Below, in pieces: positions 42,588 through 53,100 of a stretch of DNA of 64,000 nucleotides; the stretch's first letter is position 1, and every line of letters begins with the position of its first letter. Under the pieces are notes generated by a model. It was given only the letters and a program-made list of their open reading frames with translations, searched no databases and was not told the origin of the DNA. Made by a program: the position numbers and the translations under genes. This DNA is from Amazonocrinis nigriterrae CENA67. Lineage in GTDB: Bacteria; Cyanobacteriota; Cyanobacteriia; Cyanobacteriales; Nostocaceae. The stretch is taken from contig NZ_JAECZC010000086.1 of assembly GCF_016056305.1 (NCBI RefSeq), forward strand, positions 66,945 through 130,944, given 5' to 3'.

Positions 42588-42714
42588 AGCCAGTGCGTTG
42601 CGGAGGACAGTCGCGTGGGCGGGTTTCCCGACTTGAGCGAACTGTCCGTTGAGGTTCCCTCGTTGAGTGCAACTGGCGTTCATCAGTTATCAGTCATCAG
42701 TCATCAGTCATCAC
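42588..42714 (-). repeat. inverted copy of the 6978-7100 repeat plus CATCAGT heptamers, overlapping the 5' end of the kdpD longest ORF
   Basis: Reverse-complement alignment with 6978-7100 is near-perfect over about 95 bp. Confidence 0.8.
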
Positions 42715-42723
42715 TTAACTTCT

Positions 42724-43830
42724 GTGAATTCTTATATTTATCCGGTACGACGGGGCAAACACAAAATCTTTATTGGCATGGCTCCTGGTGTAGGCAAAAC
42801 CTTCCGTATGCTAGAAGAAGGGCACGCACTCAAACATGAAGGATTTGATGTTGTTATAGGGCTTTTAGAAACCCACGGACGCAAGGAGACGGAAGAAAAG
42901 GCGGAGGGTTTGGAAATTGTACCCCGTAAGCAAGTTTTGCGGGGTGGGTTGACGCTAACAGAAATGGATACCGATGCTATTTTAAAGCGATCGCCCCAAT
43001 TGGTGTTAATCGATGAACTAGCCCACACCAATATCCCTGGTTCGCCACGAGAAAAACGTTACGAAGATGTGGAAATCGTTTTAACAGCAGGTATTGATGT
43101 CTATTCCACAATGAATGTGCAGCATTTGGAAAGTCTTAATGACTTGGTAGCACGAATTACTGGTGTAGTCGTGCGAGAACGTGTACCTGACCGCATTCTA
43201 GAGGAAGCAGATGAAGTGGTGGTGATAGATGTCACACCGGAAACGCTGCAAGAACGGTTATTAGAAGGGAAAATTTACGCCCCAGAAAAAATCCAACAAG
43301 CCCTCGATAACTTTTTCCAACGCCGCAACCTGATAGCATTACGAGAATTGGCTTTACGGGAAGTTGCAGACAACATAGAAGAAAATGCGATCGCTACAAC
43401 TCTCAATGGGCAATACTGTAATATTCACGAACGGGTGTTGGTATGCGTATCAACTTATCCCAATTCATTACAGCTTTTACGTAGGGGTGCGCGACTAGCT
43501 AACTATATGAATGCCCCGCTTTATACTTTATTTGTTGCCAATCCTGAACGCTTCCTCACCAAAGAAGAAAGCCTACATATACATACTTGTGAAAAATTGT
43601 GTAAGGAATTTGACGGTACATTTCTGCGAGTTACCACCCATGATATAGCCCAAGCGATCGCCGAAACAGCAGAGAAATACCGGATTACTCAAATTGTAAT
43701 TGGAGAGAGTCAGCGATCGCGCTGGCAAATCCTCCTCAAGGGTTCCTTAACTCAAAAATTGGTGCGCTTGCTGAAAAACATCGATATACATATCATTGCC
43801 AGCGAGAAAACATCATCATCCAAGCGTTGA
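42724..43830 (+). CDS. kdpD: truncated KdpD (N-terminal KdpD sensor domain + Usp domain, no histidine kinase)
   Basis: RGKHKIFIGMAPGVGKT (KdpD N-terminal P-loop) then Usp-like domain; the protein ends after about 370 aa with no HisKA/HATPase domains. Start set at in-frame GTG 42724 (alternative ATG 42778); the longest ORF begins inside an upstream repeat at 42667. Confidence 0.8.
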   Translation: MNSYIYPVRRGKHKIFIGMAPGVGKTFRMLEEGHALKHEGFDVVIGLLETHGRKETEEKAEGLEIVPRKQVLRGGLTLTEMDTDAILKRSPQLVLIDELAHTNIPGSPREKRYEDVEIVLTAGIDVYSTMNVQHLESLNDLVARITGVVVRERVPDRILEEADEVVVIDVTPETLQERLLEGKIYAPEKIQQALDNFFQRRNLIALRELALREVADNIEENAIATTLNGQYCNIHERVLVCVSTYPNSLQLLRRGARLANYMNAPLYTLFVANPERFLTKEESLHIHTCEKLCKEFDGTFLRVTTHDIAQAIAETAEKYRITQIVIGESQRSRWQILLKGSLTQKLVRLLKNIDIHIIASEKTSSSKR

Positions 43831-44199
43831 TGATTGTAGAGGCTATTCTTTGCCCATTGGTCTCAACAAGAATAGCTCAATTTGTTAAAAAATAAACCCA
43901 GCAGGGGCCGCATCACAAGACCACCTGCTAGGAAAGTATCGTAGATGATCGCCATGTTTGATCTGGGTAGGGCTTATTTGTAATAAATAATGCCTATCCA
44001 TAGATAAGATAGCTAAAGTCGGCGTAAAAGATAGTTAAGAAAAGCCAATAAATAAGTTAAGTTGCTGTTAAAGCTAGTAATTCTGGGGGGATGAGGGGGA
44101 TGAGGGAGATGAGGGAGAAATAACAACTGACAACTGACAACTGACTAATAATATAAGAGAACGCTTCACATTTCTTAAATAATCAGCTTTACTAAAACA

Positions 44200-45708
44200 A
44201 TGGCGAGAGACTTACGCGGATTCATCAAGATTCTTGAAGAAAAAGGGCAATTAAAGCGGATTTCAGCTATGGTTGACCCAGATTTAGAAATTGCTGAGAT
44301 TTCCAACCGGATGCTGCAAAAAGGTGGGCCGGGGTTGCTATTTGAAAACGTCAAAGGTGCATCTTTCCCGGTGGCGGTGAATTTGATGGGAACCGTGGAA
44401 AGGATATGTTGGGCAATGAATATGCAGCATCCAGAGGAATTGGAAACTCTGGGAAAAAAGCTGAGTATGCTGCAACAACCAAAACCGCCGAAGAAGATTT
44501 CCCAGGCGATAGATTTTGGGAAAGTGCTGTTTGACGTGGTGAAAGCTAAGCCAGGACGTGACTTTTTTCCTGCTTGTCAGCAAGTTGTGGTTCAAGGCGA
44601 TGATTTGGATTTAAACAAGTTACCTTTGATACGCCCTTATCCAGGTGATGCTGGTAAGATTATTACGCTAGGATTAGTAATTACCAAAGATTGTGAGACA
44701 GGTACGCCAAATGTAGGTGTGTATCGTTTGCAACTGCAATCTAAAAATACCATGACGGTTCACTGGTTATCAGTGCGGGGTGGGGCAAGGCATTTGCGGA
44801 AAGCAGCTGAACGTGGGAAGAAATTAGAAGTAGCGATCGCACTTGGTGTAGATCCTTTAATTATCATGGCAGCTGCCACACCCATTCCTGTAGATTTATC
44901 AGAATGGCTGTTCGCTGGACTTTATGGTGGTTCTGGCGTGCAGTTAGCAAAGTGTAAAACTGTAGATTTAGAAGTTCCAGCAGATTCAGAATTTGTTCTA
45001 GAAGGAACCATTACGCCAGGGGAAGTTTTGCCAGATGGGCCTTTTGGTGACCACATGGGTTATTACGGCGGTGTGGAAGATTCGCCCTTGATACGCTTTG
45101 AGTGCATGACACACCGCAAAAATCCAATTTACTTAACAACATTTAGCGGTCGTCCACCCAAAGAAGAAGCAATGATGGCGATCGCGCTTAATCGCATTTA
45201 TACTCCTATTCTGCGACAACAAGTGACAGAAATTGTCGATTTCTTCTTACCGATGGAAGCTTTGAGTTACAAAGCGGCGATTATTTCCATTGATAAAGCA
45301 TACCCAGGACAAGCGCGCAGGGCTGCTTTAGCATTTTGGAGTGCATTACCCCAATTTACCTACACCAAGTTTGTGATTGTCGTGGATAAAAACATAAATA
45401 TTCGCGATCCGCGTCAGGTAGTTTGGGCAATTAGTTCTAAAGTTGACCCGACACGAGATGTGTTTATTTTGCCAAACACACCCTTTGATACTTTGGATTT
45501 TGCCAGTGAGAAGATTGGTTTAGGTGGACGTATGGGAATTGATGCTACCACAAAGATTCCGCCGGAAACAGACCATGAATGGGGCGCGTCTTTGGAATCA
45601 GATCCTGATGTAGCGGCGATGGTAGAAAGACGATGGACAGAGTATGGTTTAGCAGATTTGCAATTAGGAGAAGTTGACCCAAATCTGTTTGGTTATGATG
45701 TGAGGTAA
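44200..45708 (+). CDS. UbiD-family (de)carboxylase
   Basis: 502 aa; MARDLRGFIKILEEKGQLKRI...VDPDLEIAEI canonical UbiD N-terminus, colinear throughout. Confidence 0.9.
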   Translation: MARDLRGFIKILEEKGQLKRISAMVDPDLEIAEISNRMLQKGGPGLLFENVKGASFPVAVNLMGTVERICWAMNMQHPEELETLGKKLSMLQQPKPPKKISQAIDFGKVLFDVVKAKPGRDFFPACQQVVVQGDDLDLNKLPLIRPYPGDAGKIITLGLVITKDCETGTPNVGVYRLQLQSKNTMTVHWLSVRGGARHLRKAAERGKKLEVAIALGVDPLIIMAAATPIPVDLSEWLFAGLYGGSGVQLAKCKTVDLEVPADSEFVLEGTITPGEVLPDGPFGDHMGYYGGVEDSPLIRFECMTHRKNPIYLTTFSGRPPKEEAMMAIALNRIYTPILRQQVTEIVDFFLPMEALSYKAAIISIDKAYPGQARRAALAFWSALPQFTYTKFVIVVDKNINIRDPRQVVWAISSKVDPTRDVFILPNTPFDTLDFASEKIGLGGRMGIDATTKIPPETDHEWGASLESDPDVAAMVERRWTEYGLADLQLGEVDPNLFGYDVR

Positions 45709-45830
45709 TATTTTATATTGCGGTGCGTTAAGTTATCACTAACAACGCACCTTTTTAGAGACTTCCAAAAAAAATCCTACTGTTTACAGTCATCAGCCAT
45801 CAGCCATCAGTTGAAGGTGTGGAATGTGAG

Positions 45831-46532
45831 TTAAATTGTATCTGGGTCGATATTTAACTCACGCAATTTTGCAGCCAAACGTTCTGCTTTTTCAGCTTCT
45901 TGTTGCGCCCTTTGTTCTGCTTGTTCTGCTGTTTCTTCTGGTGTTGGTACTAATTCACCACCTGGGGTAAAAAACCGCAATAGCCCCTCATGAATTCCCA
46001 AATATAACCCTAGCTGATGACTCCACAAATGCCCTTGTCCCGAAGCTTGTAAAGGTTGATATTCTCCATCTACTAAATGATATCCTGCAAACTCTAGTGT
46101 ATAAGGGTCGAACCAAAAATAATCCGGTGTGCGAAAGATATCTTGATAAATTTGTTTTTTTAAACCTCTGTCTGTATTCGCTGTTGATTGCGAAATAATT
46201 TCTACAATTACATTGGGATATTTACCATTTTCCTCCCAGACTACCCAACTTTTACGAGTTTTGCGTTCACATCCTAGGACTACAAAAAAGTCTGGGCCTC
46301 GGAAGTCTTTTGATTTTCGTTGATGCGGACTGTAGTAGATAGTCAAGTTTCCCGCTGCATAAAAATCATTTCTATCTCGCCACAACCATTCCAAACATGT
46401 GAGAAGTAGGATTATTTGTCGTAGATGTAATTCTGTTTCCAAGGGAGGCTCATCACTATATAAATCACTAGGGGGAAAAATCACATCTTGGGAGATGCCT
46501 TGTTGAGATTCTAATTCTTGAGTTATGGTCAT
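45831..46532 (-). CDS. Uma2-family (DUF820, PD-(D/E)XK) endonuclease
   Basis: 233 aa; pattern typical of cyanobacterial Uma2 proteins including the C-terminal Glu/Ala-rich tail (TPEETAEQAEQRAQQEAEKAERLAAKLRELNIDPD). Confidence 0.7.
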   Translation of the reverse strand: MTITQELESQQGISQDVIFPPSDLYSDEPPLETELHLRQIILLLTCLEWLWRDRNDFYAAGNLTIYYSPHQRKSKDFRGPDFFVVLGCERKTRKSWVVWEENGKYPNVIVEIISQSTANTDRGLKKQIYQDIFRTPDYFWFDPYTLEFAGYHLVDGEYQPLQASGQGHLWSHQLGLYLGIHEGLLRFFTPGGELVPTPEETAEQAEQRAQQEAEKAERLAAKLRELNIDPDTI

Positions 46533-46956
46533 AGAATGGATATGGCATCAAGTAGTTATGGATTTATTTTAGCAACGTGGTAGTCAGCGATCGAACTCTT
46601 AGCTAAGTAATTTAATTTCAAGTCTTTAGCTAGCTTGAAACTACAGTATCTCTTAACATTAAGAAACTTTAGCGATCGCTATTTTTGCGAAATACCTTTA
46701 TGCTACACTGTAGTCAACATCAAACCTCACCCGCTAGCGAGATAGCTGCAATGAAGTAGTACCAAACCCACAAATGTCAAAGCCAAATAAACACGATACG
46801 TTTGACAAGGTACTTCACAATAGTCATGAGCTAAATATATCTTCATAATTCATCTCTACATCAAGCCGCTTGAGAGTTGCTGCGGCCGACTTTTTCATAT
46901 GCCTAATCTACCCGTAATTGTTGTTTATTCGCGGGTGGAAATTTGCTCATTGAGGT

Positions 46957-48591
46957 TTGACAGTCATGCAGAAAAAATCAATATTATTAGCTGAGAATTT
47001 AGCCTATGAACTCAGCTTAGAGAGAATTTTATTTCAAGAAATTCAGGTGAGTATTGGCATGGGCGATCGCATCGCTTTAGTAGGTAAAAATGGAATAGGT
47101 AAATCAACTTTATTAAAGATACTTGCAGGACAAATTAGCCCCACTCAAGGCACTGTTTGGCAGAATGGCGTTGTCTACTATTTGCCACAAATTAGTACCA
47201 TTAAACAAGAAATTAATACTGATACAGTGCTGAATTTTTTAATTTCTGTCTCTGATGAATGGTGGAAAATTGAGGAGATTTTACAAGCACAATTTCACAC
47301 AACCCTTGACCTATCTTTATCTATAGCTAATTTAAGTGGTGGTGAACTAACGAAATTATTCCTAGCAATTGGTTTATCTCAAGAACCAAATGTGCTATTG
47401 CTGGATGAACCAACCAACCACATGGATTTGCTAGCTTTGGAAAGCTTAAGGCAGTTTCTTGAAAATTTCGCTGGTGCGTTTGTGATAGTCTCCCACAAGC
47501 CTTTTTTTCTCGCTCAAGTAACAAAAGTTACCTGGGAACTTACGCCTGGGGGTGTCAAGGTGTATGGAGGCAATTTTTCTGAGTATCGCCAACAAAAACA
47601 AATTGAGCAAGAGGTAGCATGGCGATCGCACGAAGTCGCCAGAAAGGAACTTAAACGTGTTCAAGCTTCAGCGATGCAAGAACAGCAACGTGCAGCCCAA
47701 TCTCAGCGCAATGGAAGAGCAAAGTTTCTCAGTGGTAGTATTGACAGAGCAGCAGCCGGAGCGATGAAAACTAAAGCTCAAGTGTCAGCTGGGACTGCGA
47801 AAAAGAAACATGAAGCGGCTGTAGCAAAGGCTACTCAAAAGGTGGCAGAGACAAAAGTCAATACTACAAAGGTGACAAGTATCCAACTCGAAGAAAAAAG
47901 TCAAAAGCGCCGAAATTTAATTGATATTCAAGGTGCAAATCTCTGGGTGTCGGAACGTCTTTTGATTGAAAATATTCAGTTGCATGTATCCTCTGGCGAT
48001 CGCCTTGCCATTGTAGGTGCAAATGGTGCAGGTAAATCAACCTTGGCTAAGGCAATCTTGGAAATGGACAAGCAAACAGCAATTTTACAGTCGGGTGAGG
48101 TAATACTTGCATCGGCGATGAAAGCTGTATATCTCGACCAAACCTATGAACTAGTGAATCGCCAGCAAACAATTCTCGCAAATATGCAAGCTGCTAATCC
48201 CAGCCTCAGCTATCAATTGTTACGCCAACAGCTAGGACACTTTTTGTTTAAATACGATGACGTTCACAAAAGCGCGTCTATATTGAGTGGAGGTGAATTA
48301 GCAAGGTTAGCGATCGCAATTATCAGTATCTCTGAAATTGATTTATTGATTCTTGACGAACCAACTAATAACCTAGATATTGAAACAGTTGAACAAATAG
48401 TGACAGGTATTAATGAATACCAAGGCGCTATTTGGGTGATTTCCCACGATATCGATTTCCTCAGCCGAATCAACATTACCCAAGGTTTCAAATTGAAAGA
48501 GCAAACTTTGCAAATGACGACCTATTTACCGAGTACACCAGAGCAATACTATCAAGAGTTACTGGAATGTCATCAACCAAGCGATGTCTGA
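46957..48591 (+). CDS. ABC-F family ATPase (tandem ABC domains, no TMD)
   Basis: 544 aa; two Walker A (GKNGIGKST, GANGAGKST), two signatures (LSGGELTKL, LSGGELARL), charged inter-domain linker. Confidence 0.9.
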   Translation: MTVMQKKSILLAENLAYELSLERILFQEIQVSIGMGDRIALVGKNGIGKSTLLKILAGQISPTQGTVWQNGVVYYLPQISTIKQEINTDTVLNFLISVSDEWWKIEEILQAQFHTTLDLSLSIANLSGGELTKLFLAIGLSQEPNVLLLDEPTNHMDLLALESLRQFLENFAGAFVIVSHKPFFLAQVTKVTWELTPGGVKVYGGNFSEYRQQKQIEQEVAWRSHEVARKELKRVQASAMQEQQRAAQSQRNGRAKFLSGSIDRAAAGAMKTKAQVSAGTAKKKHEAAVAKATQKVAETKVNTTKVTSIQLEEKSQKRRNLIDIQGANLWVSERLLIENIQLHVSSGDRLAIVGANGAGKSTLAKAILEMDKQTAILQSGEVILASAMKAVYLDQTYELVNRQQTILANMQAANPSLSYQLLRQQLGHFLFKYDDVHKSASILSGGELARLAIAIISISEIDLLILDEPTNNLDIETVEQIVTGINEYQGAIWVISHDIDFLSRINITQGFKLKEQTLQMTTYLPSTPEQYYQELLECHQPSDV

Positions 48592-48725
48592 CGACAAGCT
48601 GCTTTGCGTCTACGCACTCTTGACTAACTAGCCATCTCAAATCTTAAATCTCTAACTCTCCAGTAGAAGCCGCAAAGCATACAGGCAGGTTATAATTCTT
48701 TTGCGGACGCACGTAACAAAAATTT

Positions 48726-49049
48726 ATGAGTAACCCCCTTGTACAAGCCTTTTTTGTAGGCAGAGCAGTAGCCGAAGTAATTAATGAACGCTTAGAGGTC
48801 GCCTTGACCGATGCTTTGAGTGAACTGGGCAAATTTGATGCTGAGGCCAGAGAGCAATTACGCCAGTTTACAGACGAAGTTCTAGAACGGGCAAATCGAG
48901 CAGCTTCAGCTGCTAATGCTGGTCAAACTAGCCCAAGCAGTGGGTCAAGCGGTTCACAATCTGACTTACAAGCAGAAATTGATGAATTGCGAGCAGAAAT
49001 TGCCCTGCTACGTACAGAATTGCAGCATTATCGCAGAACTTCTGCATAA
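48726..49049 (+). CDS. conserved hypothetical protein with C-terminal coiled-coil
   Basis: 107 aa; N-terminal helical region, Ser/Gly linker, LQAEIDELRAEIALLRTELQ heptad. Confidence 0.4.
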   Translation: MSNPLVQAFFVGRAVAEVINERLEVALTDALSELGKFDAEAREQLRQFTDEVLERANRAASAANAGQTSPSSGSSGSQSDLQAEIDELRAEIALLRTELQHYRRTSA

Positions 49050-49054
49050 ATTTT

Positions 49055-49275
49055 GTTAATAGTCAATAGTCATTGGTCATTGGTCAGTGGTCAGTAGCAA
49101 CTGACCTTTACGGGTGAATCCTTCTCCTGTGGTCGCCGCTTCGCGAACAAATACGCTGACGCTCGAAGACTCGCGCAACGCTTGCGCAAACGCGAACGCC
49201 AGTTACTCATAGGAAAAACCCAAAGCTTTACTGGCTCAAAAATAACAACTGACAACTGACAACTAACACCTGACA
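49055..49275. repeat. heptamer (STRR-like) array - MITE-like copy - heptamer array
   Basis: CATTGGTCATTGGTCAGTGGTCAG, then ...GCGAACGCCAGTTACTCATAGG...TACTGGCTC, then CAACTGACAACTGACAACTAAC. Confidence 0.55.
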
Positions 49276-49300
49276 TATCAAAAACAGTTTAGGAATCAGA

Positions 49301-51037
49301 GTGTCTTCTCTTTCAGGTTATTCGGTTACAAACCAGCGGTACGCAAAGCATATGGAAACAGGTTATTCAGATAAAGCATACCGTTGGAATCGTGAGAACT
49401 ACTCAAGTAAACGGCGCTTTGTGGACATTTGGTCTTTTGTCTTGACTTTAATGTTCAAGCTTTGGCGCTACAACAAATCTTGGAGTTACCCTGGTGGTGT
49501 AACTGAAGCCAAGCAAGCTGCAAGACGCAAAGCTCAAGCGGTCTGGATTCGTAATACCCTACTGGATTTAGGCCCAACTTTTATCAAAGTTGGGCAATTG
49601 TTTTCTACTCGTGCTGATATATTCCCCGGTGAATATGTAGAAGAGTTGGCAAAGCTACAAGACAAAGTGCCAGCATTTAGCTATGAGCAAGTAGAAACAA
49701 TTATTGAGCAAGAATTGGGTAAAAAAATTCCTGAACTATTTCAGAGTTTTGAACCTATTCCCTTAGCAGCTGCTAGCTTGGGACAAGTACATAAAGCTGT
49801 GTTACACACCGGGGAAGCAGTTGTCGTCAAAGTGCAGCGTCCTGGACTGAAAAAGCTATTTGAAATAGATTTACAAATTCTCAAAGGAATTGCCTACTAC
49901 TTCCAAAATCATCCAAAATGGGGTAAGGGACGAGATTGGATTGGGATTTATGAAGAATGTTGTCGCATTCTTTGGGAAGAAATTGACTATCTTAATGAAG
50001 GTCGTAACGCTGATACTTTCCGGCGGAACTTTCGTGGTCACGACTGGGTAAAAGTTCCCAGAATTTACTGGCGTTACACTTCGTCTCGTGTACTGACTTT
50101 GGAATATCTTCCCGGAATTAAAATTAGTCAGTATGAAGCTATAGAAGCAGCGGGTTTAGATCGTAAAGTGATTGCACGTCAAGGCGCTCAAGCTTATCTG
50201 ATGCAATTGCTCAATAACGGCTTTTTCCACGCCGATCCTCATCCAGGTAACATTGCCGTTAACCCCGATGGTGCTTTGATATTTTACGATTTTGGCATGA
50301 TGGGGCGAATCAAGTCCAACATTCGAGAAGGACTGATGGAAACGCTGTTTGGCATTGCCCAAAAAGATGGCGATCGCGTCGTTCAGTCTCTCATCGATTT
50401 GGGAGCGATCACACCTGTGGATGACATGGGCCCAGTACGGCGTTCTGTCCAGTATATGCTGGATAATTTCATGGATAAGCCCTTTGAAAATCAATCTGTG
50501 GCAGCAATCAGTGACGACCTATACGAAATAGCATATAATCAGCCATTTAGATTTCCTGCAACCTTCACTTTTGTGATGCGAGCCTTTTCCACCCTAGAGG
50601 GGGTAGGCAAAGGCTTAGATCCAGAATTTAACTTTATGGAAGTTGCCCAACCATATGCAATGCAGCTTATGACTAATATGAATGGTTCTGAAACTAATAG
50701 CTTCCTTAATGAATTAAGTCGTCAAGCAGTCCAGGTGAGTACAACTGCTTTTGGATTACCACGGAGATTAGAGGACACCCTAGAAAAATTAGAACGCGGA
50801 GATATGCGCGTGCGCGTTCGTTCAATAGAGACGGAGCGCCTGCTGCGGCGACAGAGTAACATTCAACTAGGAATGAGCTACGCTGTGATAATCAGTGGAT
50901 TTACTCTTTCAGCTACCCTTTTATTAGTTAATCATTATGGATGGTTAGCCCTGGTGGCTGGTTTAATCGCCGCAGTAGTCTCAGTAATACTGATCCGCTT
51001 GCTTCTACGCCTCGACCGTTATGACCGCATGTATTAA
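49301..51037 (+). CDS. ABC1/UbiB-family atypical kinase
   Basis: 578 aa; AASLGQVHKA, HADPHPGN, FYDFGMMG ABC1 motifs; C-terminal TM helices. Confidence 0.9.
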   Translation: MSSLSGYSVTNQRYAKHMETGYSDKAYRWNRENYSSKRRFVDIWSFVLTLMFKLWRYNKSWSYPGGVTEAKQAARRKAQAVWIRNTLLDLGPTFIKVGQLFSTRADIFPGEYVEELAKLQDKVPAFSYEQVETIIEQELGKKIPELFQSFEPIPLAAASLGQVHKAVLHTGEAVVVKVQRPGLKKLFEIDLQILKGIAYYFQNHPKWGKGRDWIGIYEECCRILWEEIDYLNEGRNADTFRRNFRGHDWVKVPRIYWRYTSSRVLTLEYLPGIKISQYEAIEAAGLDRKVIARQGAQAYLMQLLNNGFFHADPHPGNIAVNPDGALIFYDFGMMGRIKSNIREGLMETLFGIAQKDGDRVVQSLIDLGAITPVDDMGPVRRSVQYMLDNFMDKPFENQSVAAISDDLYEIAYNQPFRFPATFTFVMRAFSTLEGVGKGLDPEFNFMEVAQPYAMQLMTNMNGSETNSFLNELSRQAVQVSTTAFGLPRRLEDTLEKLERGDMRVRVRSIETERLLRRQSNIQLGMSYAVIISGFTLSATLLLVNHYGWLALVAGLIAAVVSVILIRLLLRLDRYDRMY

Positions 51038-51055
51038 TTGTTGTAGTAAAAATTT

Positions 51056-51790
51056 ATGAAACTTAATTTCACGGGTTTCAGCGATCCGGGACTTATTCGT
51101 TCTAGTAACCAAGATGCTTATTATATCGACCCTGAAGGGCGATTTTTCATTGTCGCTGATGGTATGGGTGGTCATGCGGGAGGTGAAGAGGCGAGTCGTA
51201 TTGCCACGCGGGAAATTCAGGCGTATTTGGTAGCAAATTGGGATTCATCTGAGCCTACAGAAAAATTGCTAGAGAAAGCTTTGTGGCGAGCAAATGAAGG
51301 CATTTTGCAAGACCAGCAAAATCATCCCGAACGCGCTGACATGGGTACAACTGTTGTCGCAGTCATTTTTCGCTCGCCAGATGCACCTTGGTGTGGTCAT
51401 GTTGGAGACTCCAGGCTTTACCGCTTACGAGGAACGCAATTAGAGCAAGTCACTGAAGATCACACTTGGGTAGCAAGAGCAATTAAAGTTGGTGACATCA
51501 CCTCAGAAGAAGCAAGAGTTCACCCCTTCCGTCATGTTTTGTCGCGTTGTTTGGGACGTGAAGATTTACACCAGGTTGATGTGCAACCGTTGGATGTGAA
51601 AGCAGGCGATCGCTTGCTATTATGCAGTGATGGTCTAACTGAAGAACTTGTCGATCACAAGATTGCTAGTTACCTACATGACACCCCATTACTAGACAAA
51701 GCTGCCCTCTCTTTAATTGAAGCTGCTAAAGAGCAAGGTGGACACGACAACATCACAGTCATCATCGTCGCACTCGAAAATAGTCAATAG
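51056..51790 (+). CDS. PP2C-family Ser/Thr phosphatase
   Basis: 244 aa; FIVADGMGGHAGGEEAS, GTTVV, CSDGL, DNITVI PPM motifs. Confidence 0.9.
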   Translation: MKLNFTGFSDPGLIRSSNQDAYYIDPEGRFFIVADGMGGHAGGEEASRIATREIQAYLVANWDSSEPTEKLLEKALWRANEGILQDQQNHPERADMGTTVVAVIFRSPDAPWCGHVGDSRLYRLRGTQLEQVTEDHTWVARAIKVGDITSEEARVHPFRHVLSRCLGREDLHQVDVQPLDVKAGDRLLLCSDGLTEELVDHKIASYLHDTPLLDKAALSLIEAAKEQGGHDNITVIIVALENSQ

Positions 51791-51955
51791 TCAGTGGTCA
51801 GTGGTCAGTAGTCAGTAGTTACAACCAATGACAACGGACAAATGACCCTCCGGGTGAGTTAGTGCGGTCTTAAAAGGTTTCCCCATAACAGCACTGACTC
51901 ACAACTGACAACTAACAACTGACAACTGACAACTGACAACTGACAACTGTCAAGC
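51780..51955. repeat. STRR-like heptamer arrays (CAGTGGT/CAGTAGT, CAACTGA x6)
   Basis: Direct reading downstream of the PP2C gene. Confidence 0.8.
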
Positions 51956-52461
51956 GCCGTAAATGTACTCAGCAATTTGTTCAGCCTGAGCATTTTTCTA
52001 ATTTACTACTTGATACAAATACTCTTAGCCTCCAAATTTACCTGCTGGCGGCTATCTTTCCATAATTTAGGTAATTGACATCTTGCACATAATGATATAT
52101 AGCGGATATAATTCACGCTTAATACCTTTCATATTTTCCTCACTCTCCTAACATCTCTTTTAGGGAGAAGTTTTAACGAGTAGGAAGATAAACAAAGGTA
52201 TTACAACTTACCCGGACACCCACAAACTGTGATTTTTTCCGGAATCTGTTTTAGCAGACTTGAGTTGTATATCAGTAGGTTTAGGTGCAAGCTACCAAAA
52301 ACCAAAAATTTAACCTTAAGGATATGGTCAATTTGTCACACAGTTGTTATCTTTCTTAATACAGATGTACACCTGTGAGAACATATCCCACTCCAGACAC
52401 GATCTTTATGGTCAAGTCTTACCAACATGACTTTTACGCGTTGTTTTCTTTGGAGATTATT

Positions 52462-52659
52462 ATGAGTAAACCAATTGAATTATCTTTGGAACAGCAATTC
52501 AGCATCCGCTCGTTCGCCACTCAAGTACAGCACATGAGTCACGAACAAGCTCAGGACTTTTTAGTCAAGCTCTATGAGCAAATGGTTGTACGGGAGGCAA
52601 CTTACCAGGAATTACTCAAGCACCAGTGGGGCATAGATTCAGGTTCCGCTTTGGCATAA
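52462..52659 (+). CDS. nblA: phycobilisome degradation protein NblA
   Basis: 65 aa from ATG 52462, with GGAG 6 nt upstream. MSKPIELSLEQQFSIRSFATQVQHMSHEQAQDFLVKLYEQMVVREATYQELLKHQWG is the canonical NblA helix-loop-helix. The longer 94-aa ORF from 52375 is probably an artefact. Confidence 0.85.
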   Translation: MSKPIELSLEQQFSIRSFATQVQHMSHEQAQDFLVKLYEQMVVREATYQELLKHQWGIDSGSALA

Positions 52660-53100
52660 TTTAATTCTTGTGTCGCAGTGGGCGACCTCCTTCTCTTGCT
52701 CGGTTCCAGGGAGGAAAGGGGCTGGGGATGCTGGGGCGTCAACTTCAAATCAGAAACCATAACTGATAATTTATAACCCAAAACTTTGCTACGAAAATTT
52801 TTCGTTTGCATGTATTTTTTAATACTACTGTAGCTTTGGGATCAAATTGATTATTTGCACTAGTTAAGTCTAATCTAAAATTCCGCCGACTGTACATCTA
52901 TAGTACACTTACTTTTCTGCTGTAATGCTTACAGAGGAAAATCTGCGTAAATTTAACTAAGCTTATCTAACACTGCCATTCATTATATTTTTTATAAATG
53001 TAGGTTACAAGCAGATATATACTTTTTTAATAAAAGTTAACAGATATCTCAATACCTGTTTATGGGTAGGCGTATTATGTTTGGCTTGTTGAGATTGTCT

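Noticed and set aside
42453-42839. ORFs 42453..42683 (-) and 42573..42839 (+) between kdpC and kdpD
   Set aside because: Both are read-throughs of the two MITE-like copies and CATCAGT heptamers. The real coding frame here is the kdpD N-terminus.
52375-52461. N-terminal 29-codon extension of nblA (MRTYPTPDTIFMVKSYQHDFYALFSLEII)
   Set aside because: NblA family proteins are about 60-65 aa. The internal ATG at 52462 has a GGAG ribosome-binding site and the downstream sequence matches NblA from residue 1. The extension is probably untranslated leader.
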